Source: Candidatus Nomurabacteria bacterium (GTDB lineage Bacteria > Patescibacteriota > Minisyncoccia > Phycocordibacterales > UBA9973). From it: a stretch of 64,000 nt of DNA. The position numbers and the translations under genes are program-made. Of this stretch, positions 46,763 through 56,352 are shown piece after piece (the first letter of the stretch is position 1; every line of letters starts with the position of its first letter). The DNA lies in the NCBI GenBank assembly GCA_023267375.1, contig JAHFNJ010000006.1, positions 684 to 64,683 on the forward strand. Direction: 5' to 3'. The notes below the pieces were generated by a model that was given only the letters and a program-made list of their open reading frames with translations, was not told the origin of the DNA and ran no database searches.

Positions 46763-47683
46763 TTACCTGAATATAACTGACCCGCTATCAAATTTTAAAT
46801 TAAATACAAGCTCACCTTTTGAAGTGAAGAAGTAACTGCCTGCTTGCTCAAACCCTTTTCGAAAATCATTCTCCTGTGATCCTTCGCAGAACATTAAAGT
46901 ACTCATCATTTCGCTAAACGTTATGCTCTTACCTTTAACAACATACTTCCCGCCAACACCATTGCAATCAGTTGAAGCAGAAAAGGTGCCGTCACTCTTA
47001 AATGTAAGCTGGAACCGTTCTGGATCCTTTGGTACTATTTTTTTACCGTCATTGTATGTCGTCGAAACCCACTCCCAGGTTTTCATGCCAAGCGTCATTT
47101 TTGATGGATCTGCTTCACCCTCAAAATCTTTCACCCACTCGCCTATCTGTCCTGTTTTTGCATCATAGTTTACCCAAATACTCCTACCTACGGATGGTTC
47201 GGCAGTCATAGGATCGCTCGCCTTTCGCTCGGCAAAATTGTATACCGCACGTCCATCATGGATCTCAAGCGTTTGTGGAGCGATTCGATCCCCCAAGAAC
47301 ATTACCTCTGTGGCCTTTGCGCTAGTGCCGTTGTTTATAACAAGCGCTCCGTAAAAGAATTTACCAGTTCCGCCTGGATCATTTACGAGCCACACTGCCG
47401 CATCTTGATCTTTATCTCCATCTAAATCTCCATATACAGGACTTCCAAATACAACCAAAGAATTTTTTGTATCAGTATCAATCGCTGTATCTTTTTCAGC
47501 TATTCCATTTTTGAGTGTAAAAACTTCTCCTGAAATATTATAGGACATGTTCAATGGATCAACCGTATATGGAGTCGGTTGCGGAACCTCTGTTATTACA
47601 TTCTCAGCTGTCTTATTACGCATAACAAAAAATATCACAACACCGATGACAACGAGCACCAAAATATATTTAAGTAATTTCAT
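46763..47683 (-). CDS. secreted protein with C-terminal META/HslJ-like (DUF306) domain
   Basis: Signal/TM anchor. The C-terminal ..MSTLMFCEGSQENDFRKGFEQAGSYFFTSKGELVFNL matches the MMAC...E..FL..L...Y...G..L.L META motif. Confidence 0.45.
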   Translation of the reverse strand: MKLLKYILVLVVIGVVIFFVMRNKTAENVITEVPQPTPYTVDPLNMSYNISGEVFTLKNGIAEKDTAIDTDTKNSLVVFGSPVYGDLDGDKDQDAAVWLVNDPGGTGKFFYGALVINNGTSAKATEVMFLGDRIAPQTLEIHDGRAVYNFAERKASDPMTAEPSVGRSIWVNYDAKTGQIGEWVKDFEGEADPSKMTLGMKTWEWVSTTYNDGKKIVPKDPERFQLTFKSDGTFSASTDCNGVGGKYVVKGKSITFSEMMSTLMFCEGSQENDFRKGFEQAGSYFFTSKGELVFNLKFDSGSVIFR

Positions 47684-47708
47684 ATCTTAAGAGAAAAAAT
47701 AATAATAG

Positions 47709-48182
47709 TTACAGCGCACAGTTTGGGTCTGGTTTAAATGTTTGCGCATTATCAAAAGTTACTTTGCTTATATCAGTAAAGCGATCCCCGGTTGCAGTCA
47801 GGTCGCCGTATCCACGCACAAAATCGTTTCCAATTTTTTTAAATATTACCTGCATAACAGAATCCATACCTTCAGATCTAAACGCGTAATCCCCTAAGAG
47901 AATACCGTCCTTGTACGTGCCTACATATGTACCGCTTGAACTATCCTTTTGGAAGTTCTTAAACTCAAGCGTCCCGATAAAGTTTTCGCCTGTCTGCGAG
48001 AGCACCTTTAGCGTGTAAACATCTTTGGCGAGCGTTGCTACATAACACCCTTTAATGGACTCTACTTGTGAGGTAGCCGGAGGATTTGGAACCTCTACTG
48101 GCTTTTGTTTTGCCCAAAAAGCAATAAAAGTACCAATAATGGCAATGAGGACGACTGTGACGATAATTTGTGAGGTTTTCAT
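47709..48182 (-). CDS. hypothetical membrane-anchored protein
   Basis: 157 aa with an N-terminal TM. No family recognised. Confidence 0.4.
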   Translation of the reverse strand: MKTSQIIVTVVLIAIIGTFIAFWAKQKPVEVPNPPATSQVESIKGCYVATLAKDVYTLKVLSQTGENFIGTLEFKNFQKDSSSGTYVGTYKDGILLGDYAFRSEGMDSVMQVIFKKIGNDFVRGYGDLTATGDRFTDISKVTFDNAQTFKPDPNCAL

Positions 48183-48240
48183 AAAGGTTGTGACGTATAT
48201 AAAGAATGCTAATTACAATGGCTTTAGTATTTTTATAAAA

Positions 48241-48897
48241 TTATAATTTCAAATAATCACCCTCAGTAACGACCTCAATTTTTCCGTCGAGAATTTTTAA
48301 AGCAGATTGGTCATCTAGTGCATAAATTGTTTTTTGAGTTTGCTTTGCAATGTTTTCAAGATATTCTTTTCGAGCGTTGGGAAAATCGACAGAATTGTAA
48401 TGTGGACGAGTATACATATCCACGAAATTCAGAGCTTCTTCGCTTTTATAACCAAATTTCTCTTCATAATAAATTTTTCTATCCTCGCTACTCACCCCAA
48501 GATCTGGATTTGTAACTATACTTCCCGCACTAATACCAGCATATACTCTCGTCGTAAGAAGCTCTGGCAACATCTCTGCTAGTCCAGACTCTTTCAGCCA
48601 GCGCATTAGATGTGAGCTATTTCCACCCGAAAAAAATAAAACATCTCCTGCTTCTATCTTCGGCTGCCAAACATCTTTTGGAAGCGCAGAAATATCTACA
48701 ATGTCGACAAGTTTGAACCCCTGTTTATTGATATTATAAAGGTCGTTTATAAACCAACCCTTATCACCTCTTGCAACATTCATTGCGGTCGGGATAAAAA
48801 CAACGGTAGTTTCAGATGCAGGTTTCCCGACCAACTCAAAAAGTGCTTTTGCAATTGATTGATTCGAGAGTCCGTTTGATGTAAGAAGTAATTTCAT
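48241..48897 (-). CDS. peptidase S51 / dipeptidase E-like (class I glutamine amidotransferase-like fold)
   Basis: MKLLLTSNG...VVFIPTA...LFFSGGNSSHLMRW...YAGISAGSIV matches the S51 family arrangement with the nucleophile Ser in GISAGS. Confidence 0.6.
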   Translation of the reverse strand: MKLLLTSNGLSNQSIAKALFELVGKPASETTVVFIPTAMNVARGDKGWFINDLYNINKQGFKLVDIVDISALPKDVWQPKIEAGDVLFFSGGNSSHLMRWLKESGLAEMLPELLTTRVYAGISAGSIVTNPDLGVSSEDRKIYYEEKFGYKSEEALNFVDMYTRPHYNSVDFPNARKEYLENIAKQTQKTIYALDDQSALKILDGKIEVVTEGDYLKL

Positions 48898-48899
48898 AC

Positions 48900-49754
48900 T
48901 TATTCTAGATTATTAGGATCAGGAGAGAAACGGAAATTTTCATTGAGCGCATCAATCATACTCATGTCATCCTCAGTAAGCTCAAAATCAAAAACGTTGA
49001 TGTTTTCTTGTACTCGATCTTGATGAACAGACTTCGGCAAGGGCACGCAACCATGTTGCAAACTCCATCGAATCAATACTTGAGCATTAGTTTTATTGTA
49101 CTTTTTTGCAATGGTACTGATGGTATCGTTATCCATCCTTTTCCCGTTAGTCAGTGGACGATACGCCTCAAGTATAATATTGTTTTTCTTACAGTATTCC
49201 AAGAGCTCTCTCTGGTAGAGATATGGGTGAAACTCCACTTGATCCACAGAAGGAAAAACCGTTGCGTATTTTTTCATTTCTTCCAAATGCTTAATTGTGT
49301 AGTTTGATACACCAATCGATTTAGCTTTACCAGATTTGTAAATTTCTTCCATAGCTTTCCATGTTTCCTCCCTTCTGTTCATTGTGGCTTTTGCTTCCAC
49401 ATCAGCTGTTGGCCAGTGAACCATATAGAGATCAACATATGCAAGACCCAATTTCCCAAGAGATTCGTCTATTGCTTGCAAGGCACTTTCATAGCCTTGA
49501 TCTGGATTCCATAATTTTGTCGTCAAAAATATTTCTTCGCGTGGAATTCCAGACTCTCGTATTGCCCTGCCAACCCCTTCTTCGTTTTTGTAAACTTTCG
49601 CAGTATCAATAAGACGATAGCCGACATTTAGCGCCCATTGCACCTCACGTATAACATCTTCCCCTTCTGGAACTTTGTAAGTACCTAGCCCAACGACAGG
49701 CATAGGCAATCCGTTATTTAAAATTACTTTGGAATTGATATTTAGGTTTTCCAT
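48900..49754 (-). CDS. aldo/keto reductase (2,5-diketo-D-gluconate reductase-like)
   Basis: LNNGLPMPVVGLGTYK...IDTAKVYKNE...LWN...HWP are AKR catalytic tetrad motifs. The start is placed at MENLN, since the track start adds an improbable 57-aa leader. Confidence 0.8.
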   Translation of the reverse strand: MENLNINSKVILNNGLPMPVVGLGTYKVPEGEDVIREVQWALNVGYRLIDTAKVYKNEEGVGRAIRESGIPREEIFLTTKLWNPDQGYESALQAIDESLGKLGLAYVDLYMVHWPTADVEAKATMNRREETWKAMEEIYKSGKAKSIGVSNYTIKHLEEMKKYATVFPSVDQVEFHPYLYQRELLEYCKKNNIILEAYRPLTNGKRMDNDTISTIAKKYNKTNAQVLIRWSLQHGCVPLPKSVHQDRVQENINVFDFELTEDDMSMIDALNENFRFSPDPNNLE

Positions 49755-49758
49755 ATAT

Positions 49759-50190
49759 TTATTGATCAGATACAATAACCACTTTTCCTTCTGGCTTCGT
49801 CCAGTCAGTATACCGCCACCATGTAGGAATAAAAACAAAGAACACAGCGTCGGGATCAGGTGTTGTCTTCTTTTTCTCTGGAAATTTTCCCAAGAAAGTA
49901 CGCTCAAACAAATCTTTTTCATCATCGGTAATCAGTCGGACTTCTCCATCAGCTTGAAACGACTTCATAATGCTTTCGTTTACACCAACAACAAACGATG
50001 CTCGACTTGTAGGTCTTCCAAACAATGGTTCCGATTTTCGATAACTGCGGCTTGTCTTGAAAAATAACATGCCGGAAGATTCGTCATAAGCAAAATGCAA
50101 TGTCGCTGCATGAGGAGCACCATCGAGCATTTCAATTGCCAGCACGCCGATGCGTTCGTCTTTTAGAAAATTGAGGATTTCTTGGTTCAT
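49759..50190 (-). CDS. pyridoxamine 5'-phosphate oxidase-like FMN-binding protein
   Basis: 143 aa. ..ERIGVLAIEMLDGAPHAATLHF..DESSGMLFFKTS.. is a PNPOx-like split-barrel signature. Confidence 0.55.
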   Translation of the reverse strand: MNQEILNFLKDERIGVLAIEMLDGAPHAATLHFAYDESSGMLFFKTSRSYRKSEPLFGRPTSRASFVVGVNESIMKSFQADGEVRLITDDEKDLFERTFLGKFPEKKKTTPDPDAVFFVFIPTWWRYTDWTKPEGKVVIVSDQ

Positions 50191-50289
50191 ATAGCTGTTT
50201 CAAAGTGTACACGGAAGAACGCCTTTTTGCAAAAACAAAACGCCCGATATGGGGCGTTTTGTTTTTAGATCACATGAACACTAACTTTA

Positions 50290-51465
50290 TTATATTGGAT
50301 CAAAAGTCGCAGTTATGTTTTTTGCAGCAGTCATCGTAACTACGCATGTTCCCACTCCCGTACATGCTCCGGACCAGCCAGCGAACACAGAGCCTGGAGC
50401 AGCGGCGGCAGACAAAGTCACCACAGTACCATAGTCATACGCTTCAGAACAATCCACACCACAGTTTACTCCTGAAGGAGCGCTTGTTACCGTCCCGTCA
50501 CCCCCTCCTGCTTTGCTAACAGTCGCTGTATATTGAACCAAACTGAAAGTCGCCGTTACTGTAGTTGTGGCACTCATAGTAACCACGCAAGATCCAGTCC
50601 CCGCACACCCACCACCAGACCAACCGACAAATGTTGAACCGACAGATGGACTCGCAGACAGATCAACCATCGCACCTGAAGCAAAAGAAGAGGCACACGT
50701 TGCACCACAATTGATGCCCGCAGGACTACTAGTGATTATTCCACTTCCAGTGCCAGCTTTGGCAACCGTCAAAGTTTTTGAATTACTTACAGTTACTGAA
50801 ATAGAATCCGATGTCGCAGTATTTCCTACACCATCACGTGCGATAGCAGTTATGGCGTGTACCCCATCTTCCGTACTTGTACTATCCCAGCTAATTGCAT
50901 ATGGCAGAGTTGTGTCTTCAGTCCCAACATCTGAACCATCAACTTGAAACTGCACTCCCGCAACCGAGACATTATCCGTAGCATCAGCGGTGACTTCAAC
51001 CAGAGATCCTGACACAGTGTCCTCATCAACAGGTGCAGTTATTGAAACTTCAGGCGACTCCTCGTCATGTGATGAACGATGACTGATAGTACCTCCATAT
51101 ATTTTTGGCGGCATGACTGGCGGGGTTACTGGATTCGTTACACCAAGCAGTGGGAGCTCATAGAGTTTTGCACGAGTGATTGAACCGATAATGCCATCAA
51201 CGCCGATATTGTTCACTTTCTGAAAAGCCATGACTGCCACTTTAGTTATTTCGCCGAAGTAGCCAGTAATAGTCGGGTACGTAAAGTATCCTTTATTTTT
51301 CAAAATCTGCTGGAGCGCTGAAACTTCAACCCCTTGTGAACCAAGAGAAAGCGTATGCGTGATAACGACCGTTGGAGTAGTTGAAACCTCAGCATGTGAA
51401 GCTGTCGGAGCGCATAAAAGTAACAAAAGAATCGCAAGCACGAAGCCGACAACATTTTTTTTCAT
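50290..51465 (-). CDS. secreted protein with peptidoglycan-binding (PG_binding_1) domain, Ig-like domain and two divergent InlB B-repeat-like domains
   Basis: Signal peptide and the PG-binding motif ALQQILKNKGYF...GYFGEITKVAVMAFQ. Two copies of GWSG..C.G.GSC.VTM.A...VTATF. Confidence 0.6.
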   Translation of the reverse strand: MKKNVVGFVLAILLLLLCAPTASHAEVSTTPTVVITHTLSLGSQGVEVSALQQILKNKGYFTYPTITGYFGEITKVAVMAFQKVNNIGVDGIIGSITRAKLYELPLLGVTNPVTPPVMPPKIYGGTISHRSSHDEESPEVSITAPVDEDTVSGSLVEVTADATDNVSVAGVQFQVDGSDVGTEDTTLPYAISWDSTSTEDGVHAITAIARDGVGNTATSDSISVTVSNSKTLTVAKAGTGSGIITSSPAGINCGATCASSFASGAMVDLSASPSVGSTFVGWSGGGCAGTGSCVVTMSATTTVTATFSLVQYTATVSKAGGGDGTVTSAPSGVNCGVDCSEAYDYGTVVTLSAAAAPGSVFAGWSGACTGVGTCVVTMTAAKNITATFDPI

Positions 51466-51518
51466 GCCCCAATTTTAACACACAGGCCTAGCAACCAATG
51501 TGGATATCCAGACAAGAA

Positions 51519-51869
51519 CTAGTCTTTTGCGATAAGCATATGAAAATGGGCATGCGCCGGGAGAGACTTCGTTAGATACGTCGGCTCAATGATGAATTCG
51601 TAGGTCTTGTGAATATACTCATTTTTGATCTTCTCGTATTCGTCCTTCTCCTCTTTCGTCATCTCTGCGTCCGGAGCATGCCGTTTTAAGACAATCATGT
51701 CATGCACTTTGGCAATCTTATCGTATGGAAAAAGATTTTTCATTATTTTCCAATAGGTAAAATCTTTTATCGGCTCTCGCTCGCACAAAATACAGAAATT
51801 TCTTCCTGCCTCTTCAATCTGCACTTGTTTCAATTTTTCCGCTGTTTCTTTTGTTCGTAGGGTTCCCAT
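51519..51869 (-). CDS. HIT-family (histidine triad) protein
   Basis: 116 aa. The C-terminal HAHFHMLIA matches the H-phi-H-phi-H-phi-phi triad, and an upstream Cys pair (CILCE) is typical of HIT proteins. Confidence 0.45.
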   Translation of the reverse strand: MGTLRTKETAEKLKQVQIEEAGRNFCILCEREPIKDFTYWKIMKNLFPYDKIAKVHDMIVLKRHAPDAEMTKEEKDEYEKIKNEYIHKTYEFIIEPTYLTKSLPAHAHFHMLIAKD

Positions 51870-51892
51870 AAAATTAATTCACCACACAAGTC

Positions 51893-52795
51893 TTACTTAG
51901 AAGATAGTAAATCTAACATTGTCTGTGTAGCAGTATCACTAGTCAACGTAAGTTCAGTTTTAGTATTAAAAGCATTTGAACCATTAAATGAATTCCAAAC
52001 ACCAAGCGAAAGCTTTTTAAATCCTTCACTTTTCATCGGGTAGTCAGAAACTGCTCTGATTCTTCCATTTTCAAGTTCTTTTAACAATGCTTCTTCATTT
52101 ATTATGCCATCGTGCATAAAGCTGACGAGCAACGATCCATCTTTCATTTTTGCTAATTCTTTTTCAGCAATAAAATTGCTCCCTGCATTATCTGAAACAC
52201 ACAAGAAAATTACATCACTCTCAGAAAGCAAAAAATCTAGTTCTTTGTACTGGGTGTCGGTATCACTGCTATTTTTACTATAAAAAGAAATCGAAGCTGG
52301 TCTAAAAACTTTCAGCATTTCAGCAATATGTTTTCCAATTCTTCCATATCCAATAATTCCAATTTTCTGTCCTTCAAGCCCCGCTGTTGTCATGAAATCT
52401 TTCTGCCCCGTCCGACTTAAATCAAAAACGCCACGATTCATAGCCAGCGCCATAGTTATTGCCCACTCAGCCACAGCGTGTGTCGGAGCATCCGGAGTAT
52501 TTCCAATAGCAATTCCCTTTTTAGCGGCATACTCCCAAGCAGGAATAAAATCTTTGTAGCCTATCCCTGTAAAGACAATAGCTTTTAAACTATCTGCCGA
52601 ATCAATTACTTTTTCGGTTACTTTTTCAATACCGCCAAGAATATACCCCACTTTACCTTTTACAGCCTCCATAAGCTCGTCTTCGGTAGCACAAAGCTTA
52701 TTGAGCCGTTCAACCTCATAGCCTGCATCTGCAAGCACCTTCTCATGTTCAGGGAAAATGAACAGTGAATCTGTGATTAAAATTTTTCCTTTCAT
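51893..52795 (-). CDS. D-isomer-specific 2-hydroxyacid dehydrogenase, NAD-binding
   Basis: Rossmann motif GIIGYGRIGKHIA and the catalytic region ..FMHDG.... Confidence 0.7.
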   Translation of the reverse strand: MKGKILITDSLFIFPEHEKVLADAGYEVERLNKLCATEDELMEAVKGKVGYILGGIEKVTEKVIDSADSLKAIVFTGIGYKDFIPAWEYAAKKGIAIGNTPDAPTHAVAEWAITMALAMNRGVFDLSRTGQKDFMTTAGLEGQKIGIIGYGRIGKHIAEMLKVFRPASISFYSKNSSDTDTQYKELDFLLSESDVIFLCVSDNAGSNFIAEKELAKMKDGSLLVSFMHDGIINEEALLKELENGRIRAVSDYPMKSEGFKKLSLGVWNSFNGSNAFNTKTELTLTSDTATQTMLDLLSSK

Positions 52796-52802
52796 AAGTC
52801 TA

Positions 52803-53483
52803 TTATATCAGAGCGATCAATCTTATAGGTGCTTCAGTACCATCCTTAACTTTTATTGGCAATACTAAACTTTTTACACCAACTGCCGGCAATTCTTTTG
52901 CATTCGCAATATTTTCTACCAGATACTTATCTGCACCCAATATTGCCCGATGAACAGGAAAACCATTCTTCCCAGTATCAGCAGATAAAGTATCAATTCC
53001 CAATCCTGCAATATTTCTTTTCAAGAGAAACTCTGCTGTTGAAAGATCTACGCTTGGAAAGTTGTGGCTGTTGATATATTTTTCTCTGTCATTCCAATTT
53101 GCATCCCAGCCGGTGTAGAAAATGACAAAAGTATTTGGCTGTATTTCTCCATGCTCTTTCTCAAATTTTTCAATTATTTCTGGCATGATTACGTAGTCTG
53201 CATTAGCTTCAGAGCTCACATCAATCACTACACAGTCAGTTACAAGTTGCTCCATTACAAGCTTATCTATAGTTCTACCACCTTCCACAACATGGGCCGG
53301 TGCATCCATGTGTGTTCCGATACCAGCCCCACACTTTATTTTTTGTGTACGAAATGTATCTGGTGGTGTACCATCTTTATAATCCCCATCAATAGATAAT
53401 TCGAAACCACATCCTCCATCCCAGGTCGGGATTTCAGATGATAAACTGTGGGTTAAATCTATAATTTTGAATTCTGTAGTCAT
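52803..53483 (-). CDS. cyclase-family protein (arylformamidase/kynurenine formamidase-like)
   Basis: GAGIGTHMDAPAHV is the HxGTHxDAPxH motif of the putative cyclase family. Confidence 0.6.
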   Translation of the reverse strand: MTTEFKIIDLTHSLSSEIPTWDGGCGFELSIDGDYKDGTPPDTFRTQKIKCGAGIGTHMDAPAHVVEGGRTIDKLVMEQLVTDCVVIDVSSEANADYVIMPEIIEKFEKEHGEIQPNTFVIFYTGWDANWNDREKYINSHNFPSVDLSTAEFLLKRNIAGLGIDTLSADTGKNGFPVHRAILGADKYLVENIANAKELPAVGVKSLVLPIKVKDGTEAPIRLIALI

Positions 53484-53510
53484 TTCTTTTGCTAACCTTT
53501 AAAATATATC

Positions 53511-53834
53511 TTATTTTGCGTCTTTGTCTTCAGACGGAAATCCCCACTGCCAGCGAGGCTTCTCTCCTTTTTTATAGGCGACAGTAATAAGGAGAACCGT
53601 CAGCACAATAATTGGAAAAGCGAATACAAGAAAATTACTTCCTGAGTCAGGATTTCCCGGGATAGACTCTTCTCTCGAGAGTACTAGGATGAGAATCAGT
53701 GCTATGTATACAAGAATAGCGCACCACCCTTGCCATTTTGCCGGAGTCCATCCCCAACCAAATGGTTTTCGCTTGAACCAATAGCCATGCGGGTTGTCTT
53801 TCAGGTAGTTTCTATATTTTTTAAAAATATTCAT
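53511..53834 (-). CDS. hypothetical small membrane protein
   Basis: 107 aa with two TM helices. A Trp-rich N-terminus (YWFKRKPFGWGWTPAKWQGW). Confidence 0.4.
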   Translation of the reverse strand: MNIFKKYRNYLKDNPHGYWFKRKPFGWGWTPAKWQGWCAILVYIALILILVLSREESIPGNPDSGSNFLVFAFPIIVLTVLLITVAYKKGEKPRWQWGFPSEDKDAK

Positions 53835-53972
53835 GAAATTATTTTACTTTCTTTCGTTGCATACTCTACTAGACTGCTGCGATGCCTGGTCCGGTGCTAG
53901 ACCAAGACAGGCATCGTAAGGGTATTCTAACATTTTCTTCTTTAACTCACCTACCCATCTAAGTCACCCTAA

Positions 53973-54584
53973 TTAAATCACTTGTTCTAATAATTCAGGA
54001 AATTCTACGGTACCCATATGTTCTAAAATGAAGTGTCCTCGCCCTGGTAAAGTTACTAACTTTCCACCCAGAGCATCGTTATACATTTTAATACTTTCTG
54101 GACCACCTGGACCTTCATTATCTGATGTAAACATCACAATCTCCTGTACACGCGAAGGAATGGTTTCATCAATTGAGTAGTTATAAAATCTCGTCCTCAA
54201 ATCAATTGGTTCTTTATTGCCAGCAACTTTCCAAGGTGCAACTAAAATTAATTTCCTAATTTTTTTCTTAGTATCACCAAGCCATCTTACTAAAAAAGCA
54301 CATCCACAACTATGTCCTATTAGAATGGTATTTTCATCAACTTTATATTTTTCAAATTCTTTTTTAAACTTTTCGTAATCTGGCACCCAAGGTTCAGGCA
54401 TTAGCGGTGTCTGCGTTGGTACTCCCATGTCTAACAATTTTTCACGAATCCAAGGAATCCAGTGTTTATAATATGTTCTTTCGCTTATATCAATGAGTGA
54501 TTCCTTTGTACCTGGACATCCATGAACGATAATACAGTTAATTTTTTTATCCATATTTGGATTGTAACATGATTCGAATCTCAA
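53973..54584 (-). CDS. alpha/beta-fold serine hydrolase (YdeN/RBBP9-like esterase)
   Basis: 203 aa with nucleophile elbow GHSCG, plus downstream Asp/His consistent with the Ser_hydrolase family. Confidence 0.5.
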   Translation of the reverse strand: MRFESCYNPNMDKKINCIIVHGCPGTKESLIDISERTYYKHWIPWIREKLLDMGVPTQTPLMPEPWVPDYEKFKKEFEKYKVDENTILIGHSCGCAFLVRWLGDTKKKIRKLILVAPWKVAGNKEPIDLRTRFYNYSIDETIPSRVQEIVMFTSDNEGPGGPESIKMYNDALGGKLVTLPGRGHFILEHMGTVEFPELLEQVI

Positions 54585-54740
54585 ACTCCGACCTGTCTAG
54601 GTCAGGTCGTTCACTAAATTGGAGAATGGTACGCTTTTGTGGTTGATTCTAAGTGATTGTAATTATTTGACAATAATTAATTTTAATGTTAAATTATTAA
54701 AAATTTAACTGTATAACCAAAAATCTAAATAACCAATATT

Positions 54741-55466
54741 ATGCCAGCAAAGATTACTTTACTCGGAGCATTGCATGCAACCCCAGAAAAACTCATAGAT
54801 AGTAATCAGTATGGGATCTCAGATATGTTATTAGGTAACGAATCTGATACATTATTCGCGGAAAGATGGTTCAAAACATTTGATGACAATTTAACTTTGC
54901 TAATCTTAGAAAGTGCTTCATTCCATAAGAACATCATTACAATAGATAGTCCATTGTATGAAAGTGAGATCAAGCACATTAGCACATTGTTAGTTCAAAG
55001 TGATTTTGGTCCAGATATTCTGTGTGCGGATACACGTTTTAAAAATTTAAAGTCGGCAAAGAAAATCGTTAGTCTTAATTTTACGACTTTAGCGCACATG
55101 AATGGTGCATTTGGATTGGTAAGAATTCCTGAAACATTTGAGGATGCCCAGAAGTGTTACATCGACGGGAGATGGAAAAGGGATTATCGCCTGATGAGAG
55201 AAATCCCCAACAACATCAAAAGATCTGTTTTAGAGGAAGATGCTCTTAATACAGAAATGGAGAAGTACATGTTGGAACAAGCTGAGAAATATAAAAATGA
55301 TTATGACCAAATACTTATAATCACCGGTGCTTCTCATACTCTCGAAATGGCGACAACTTCTCAACTTCCCTATGAGGTGCTTGTTGAAACCAATAGCATG
55401 AATGAAATAGCTCAAAATTATGGAATGCTATTGGCAAGAAAAGCAAAAACAATTTTAAAGTGTTAA
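54741..55466 (+). CDS. hypothetical protein, possibly TraB/GumN-family
   Basis: ITLLGALHATPE near the N-terminus and LIITGASHTLEM near the C-terminus resemble the two TraB/GumN His motifs. Weak. Confidence 0.3.
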   Translation: MPAKITLLGALHATPEKLIDSNQYGISDMLLGNESDTLFAERWFKTFDDNLTLLILESASFHKNIITIDSPLYESEIKHISTLLVQSDFGPDILCADTRFKNLKSAKKIVSLNFTTLAHMNGAFGLVRIPETFEDAQKCYIDGRWKRDYRLMREIPNNIKRSVLEEDALNTEMEKYMLEQAEKYKNDYDQILIITGASHTLEMATTSQLPYEVLVETNSMNEIAQNYGMLLARKAKTILKC

Positions 55467-55487
55467 TTAAAGAAGGAGGAAAAAACA

Positions 55488-55523
55488 GCACGGAAGATAG
55501 AATTTCTATCTTCCGTGTTTTAT
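55488..55523 (+). terminator. intrinsic terminator
   Basis: GCACGGAAGATAGaatttCTATCTTCCGTGttttat lies directly after the 54741-55466 stop. Confidence 0.65.
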
Positions 55524-55563
55524 ATTAGGGTTTCGAAGAAAGGTTATAGTTAAGAAAAAAGTC

Positions 55564-55592
55564 TTGTTATTTGCTATTTTTTGTTGTAAATT
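55564..55592 (+). promoter_or_regulatory. candidate promoter for tRNA-Gln (TTGTTA-17-TAAATT)
   Basis: The -35-like and -10-like hexamers have 17-nt spacing, and the -10 lies about 18 nt upstream of the tRNA 5' end. Confidence 0.35.
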
Positions 55593-55609
55593 AAAGGCTG
55601 TTATCTGAT

Positions 55610-55683
55610 TGGGGAATCGTCTAATGGTAGGACAGCGGCCTTTGAAGCCGTTAATTGGGGTTCGAATCCCTGTTCCCCAGCCA
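55610..55683 (+). tRNA. tRNA-Gln (anticodon UUG), CCA encoded
   Basis: TGGGGAATCGTCTAATGGTAGGACAGCGGCCTTTGAAGCCGTTAATTGGGGTTCGAATCCCTGTTCCCCAGCCA. The acceptor stem is TGGGGAA/TTCCCCA, the anticodon loop is CTTTGAA (UUG) and the T-loop is GGTTCGAATCC. Confidence 0.8.
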
Positions 55684-55714
55684 ACTTGAGCTAGCTCAAA
55701 GATAGCTAGTTTCA

Positions 55715-55752
55715 AAACAAAAAACACCTTAATCAAAAAGGTGTTTTTTGTT
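55715..55752. terminator. intrinsic terminator after tRNA-Gln
   Basis: aaaaaACACCTTaatcaaaAAGGTGTtttttg. Confidence 0.6.
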
Positions 55753-55786
55753 TGAGTATTTATCGTAAATATAGTATAACTACACC

Positions 55787-56350
55787 ATGAACTTGGTTAA
55801 AGTGAATACTACTATTTTTGGCGAAGACTGCACAGTTGATCTAATGCAGTTTGATTCTTCTGATGGGAAAAAATGGAAAACTCTATTTGATCTATGGAAA
55901 GGTCTTAAAATGGGTATGCGTGATTACAAATCACGTGAGCCAAATTTTCCAGAAGGACTATCTGAAGTTGCTTTTTGTTTATGGTCTGGATCAACCAGAT
56001 TAATAAGTGCAAAAAAACTATCTAACACATCTTTTGATACATTTAATACTAAGACAAAAAGAGCTGAACAAATCAAAGCTTGTAGCGTTGAAAATGATCT
56101 TACTTCTTTTGGTCCAAAGTCTAGGTGGGATGATTTATATTTCTTGGACTTTTATGCTGATGGAAAAGTTGATGGAACTTTTAGTATTTATCTAATACCT
56201 AATAATTTTATTTACGATAATCAGGTTAATAAACTTCAGACACTCAAGCAACAACAAGAAGAAAAAAGGAGACCTAGGTTTTGTATCAAAAAAGATGTTA
56301 TTGAGAAATACAGTCTTAAGCCAGTCGCTACCAATGTAAAGGTTTGGTAA
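55787..56350 (+). CDS. hypothetical protein; candidate restriction endonuclease partner of the adjacent C5-MTase
   Basis: 187 aa, convergent and tail-to-tail with the MTase (stops 2 nt apart). It contains a possible PD-(D/E)XK-like stretch (WDDLYFLDFYADGKVDG) and has no RBS, so it may be leaderless. Confidence 0.3.
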   Translation: MNLVKVNTTIFGEDCTVDLMQFDSSDGKKWKTLFDLWKGLKMGMRDYKSREPNFPEGLSEVAFCLWSGSTRLISAKKLSNTSFDTFNTKTKRAEQIKACSVENDLTSFGPKSRWDDLYFLDFYADGKVDGTFSIYLIPNNFIYDNQVNKLQTLKQQQEEKRRPRFCIKKDVIEKYSLKPVATNVKVW

Positions 56351-56352
56351 TT

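Noticed and set aside
54590-54640. GGTCAGGTC motif reminiscent of SRP RNA domain IV
   Set aside because: There is no GGAA tetraloop or AGCAGCC partner. It is only a short palindrome (GACCTG...CAGGTC) in the spacer after the serine hydrolase gene.
55506-55736. 76-aa minus-strand ORF
   Set aside because: It overlaps tRNA-Gln and its promoter and terminator hairpins. It is an artefact.
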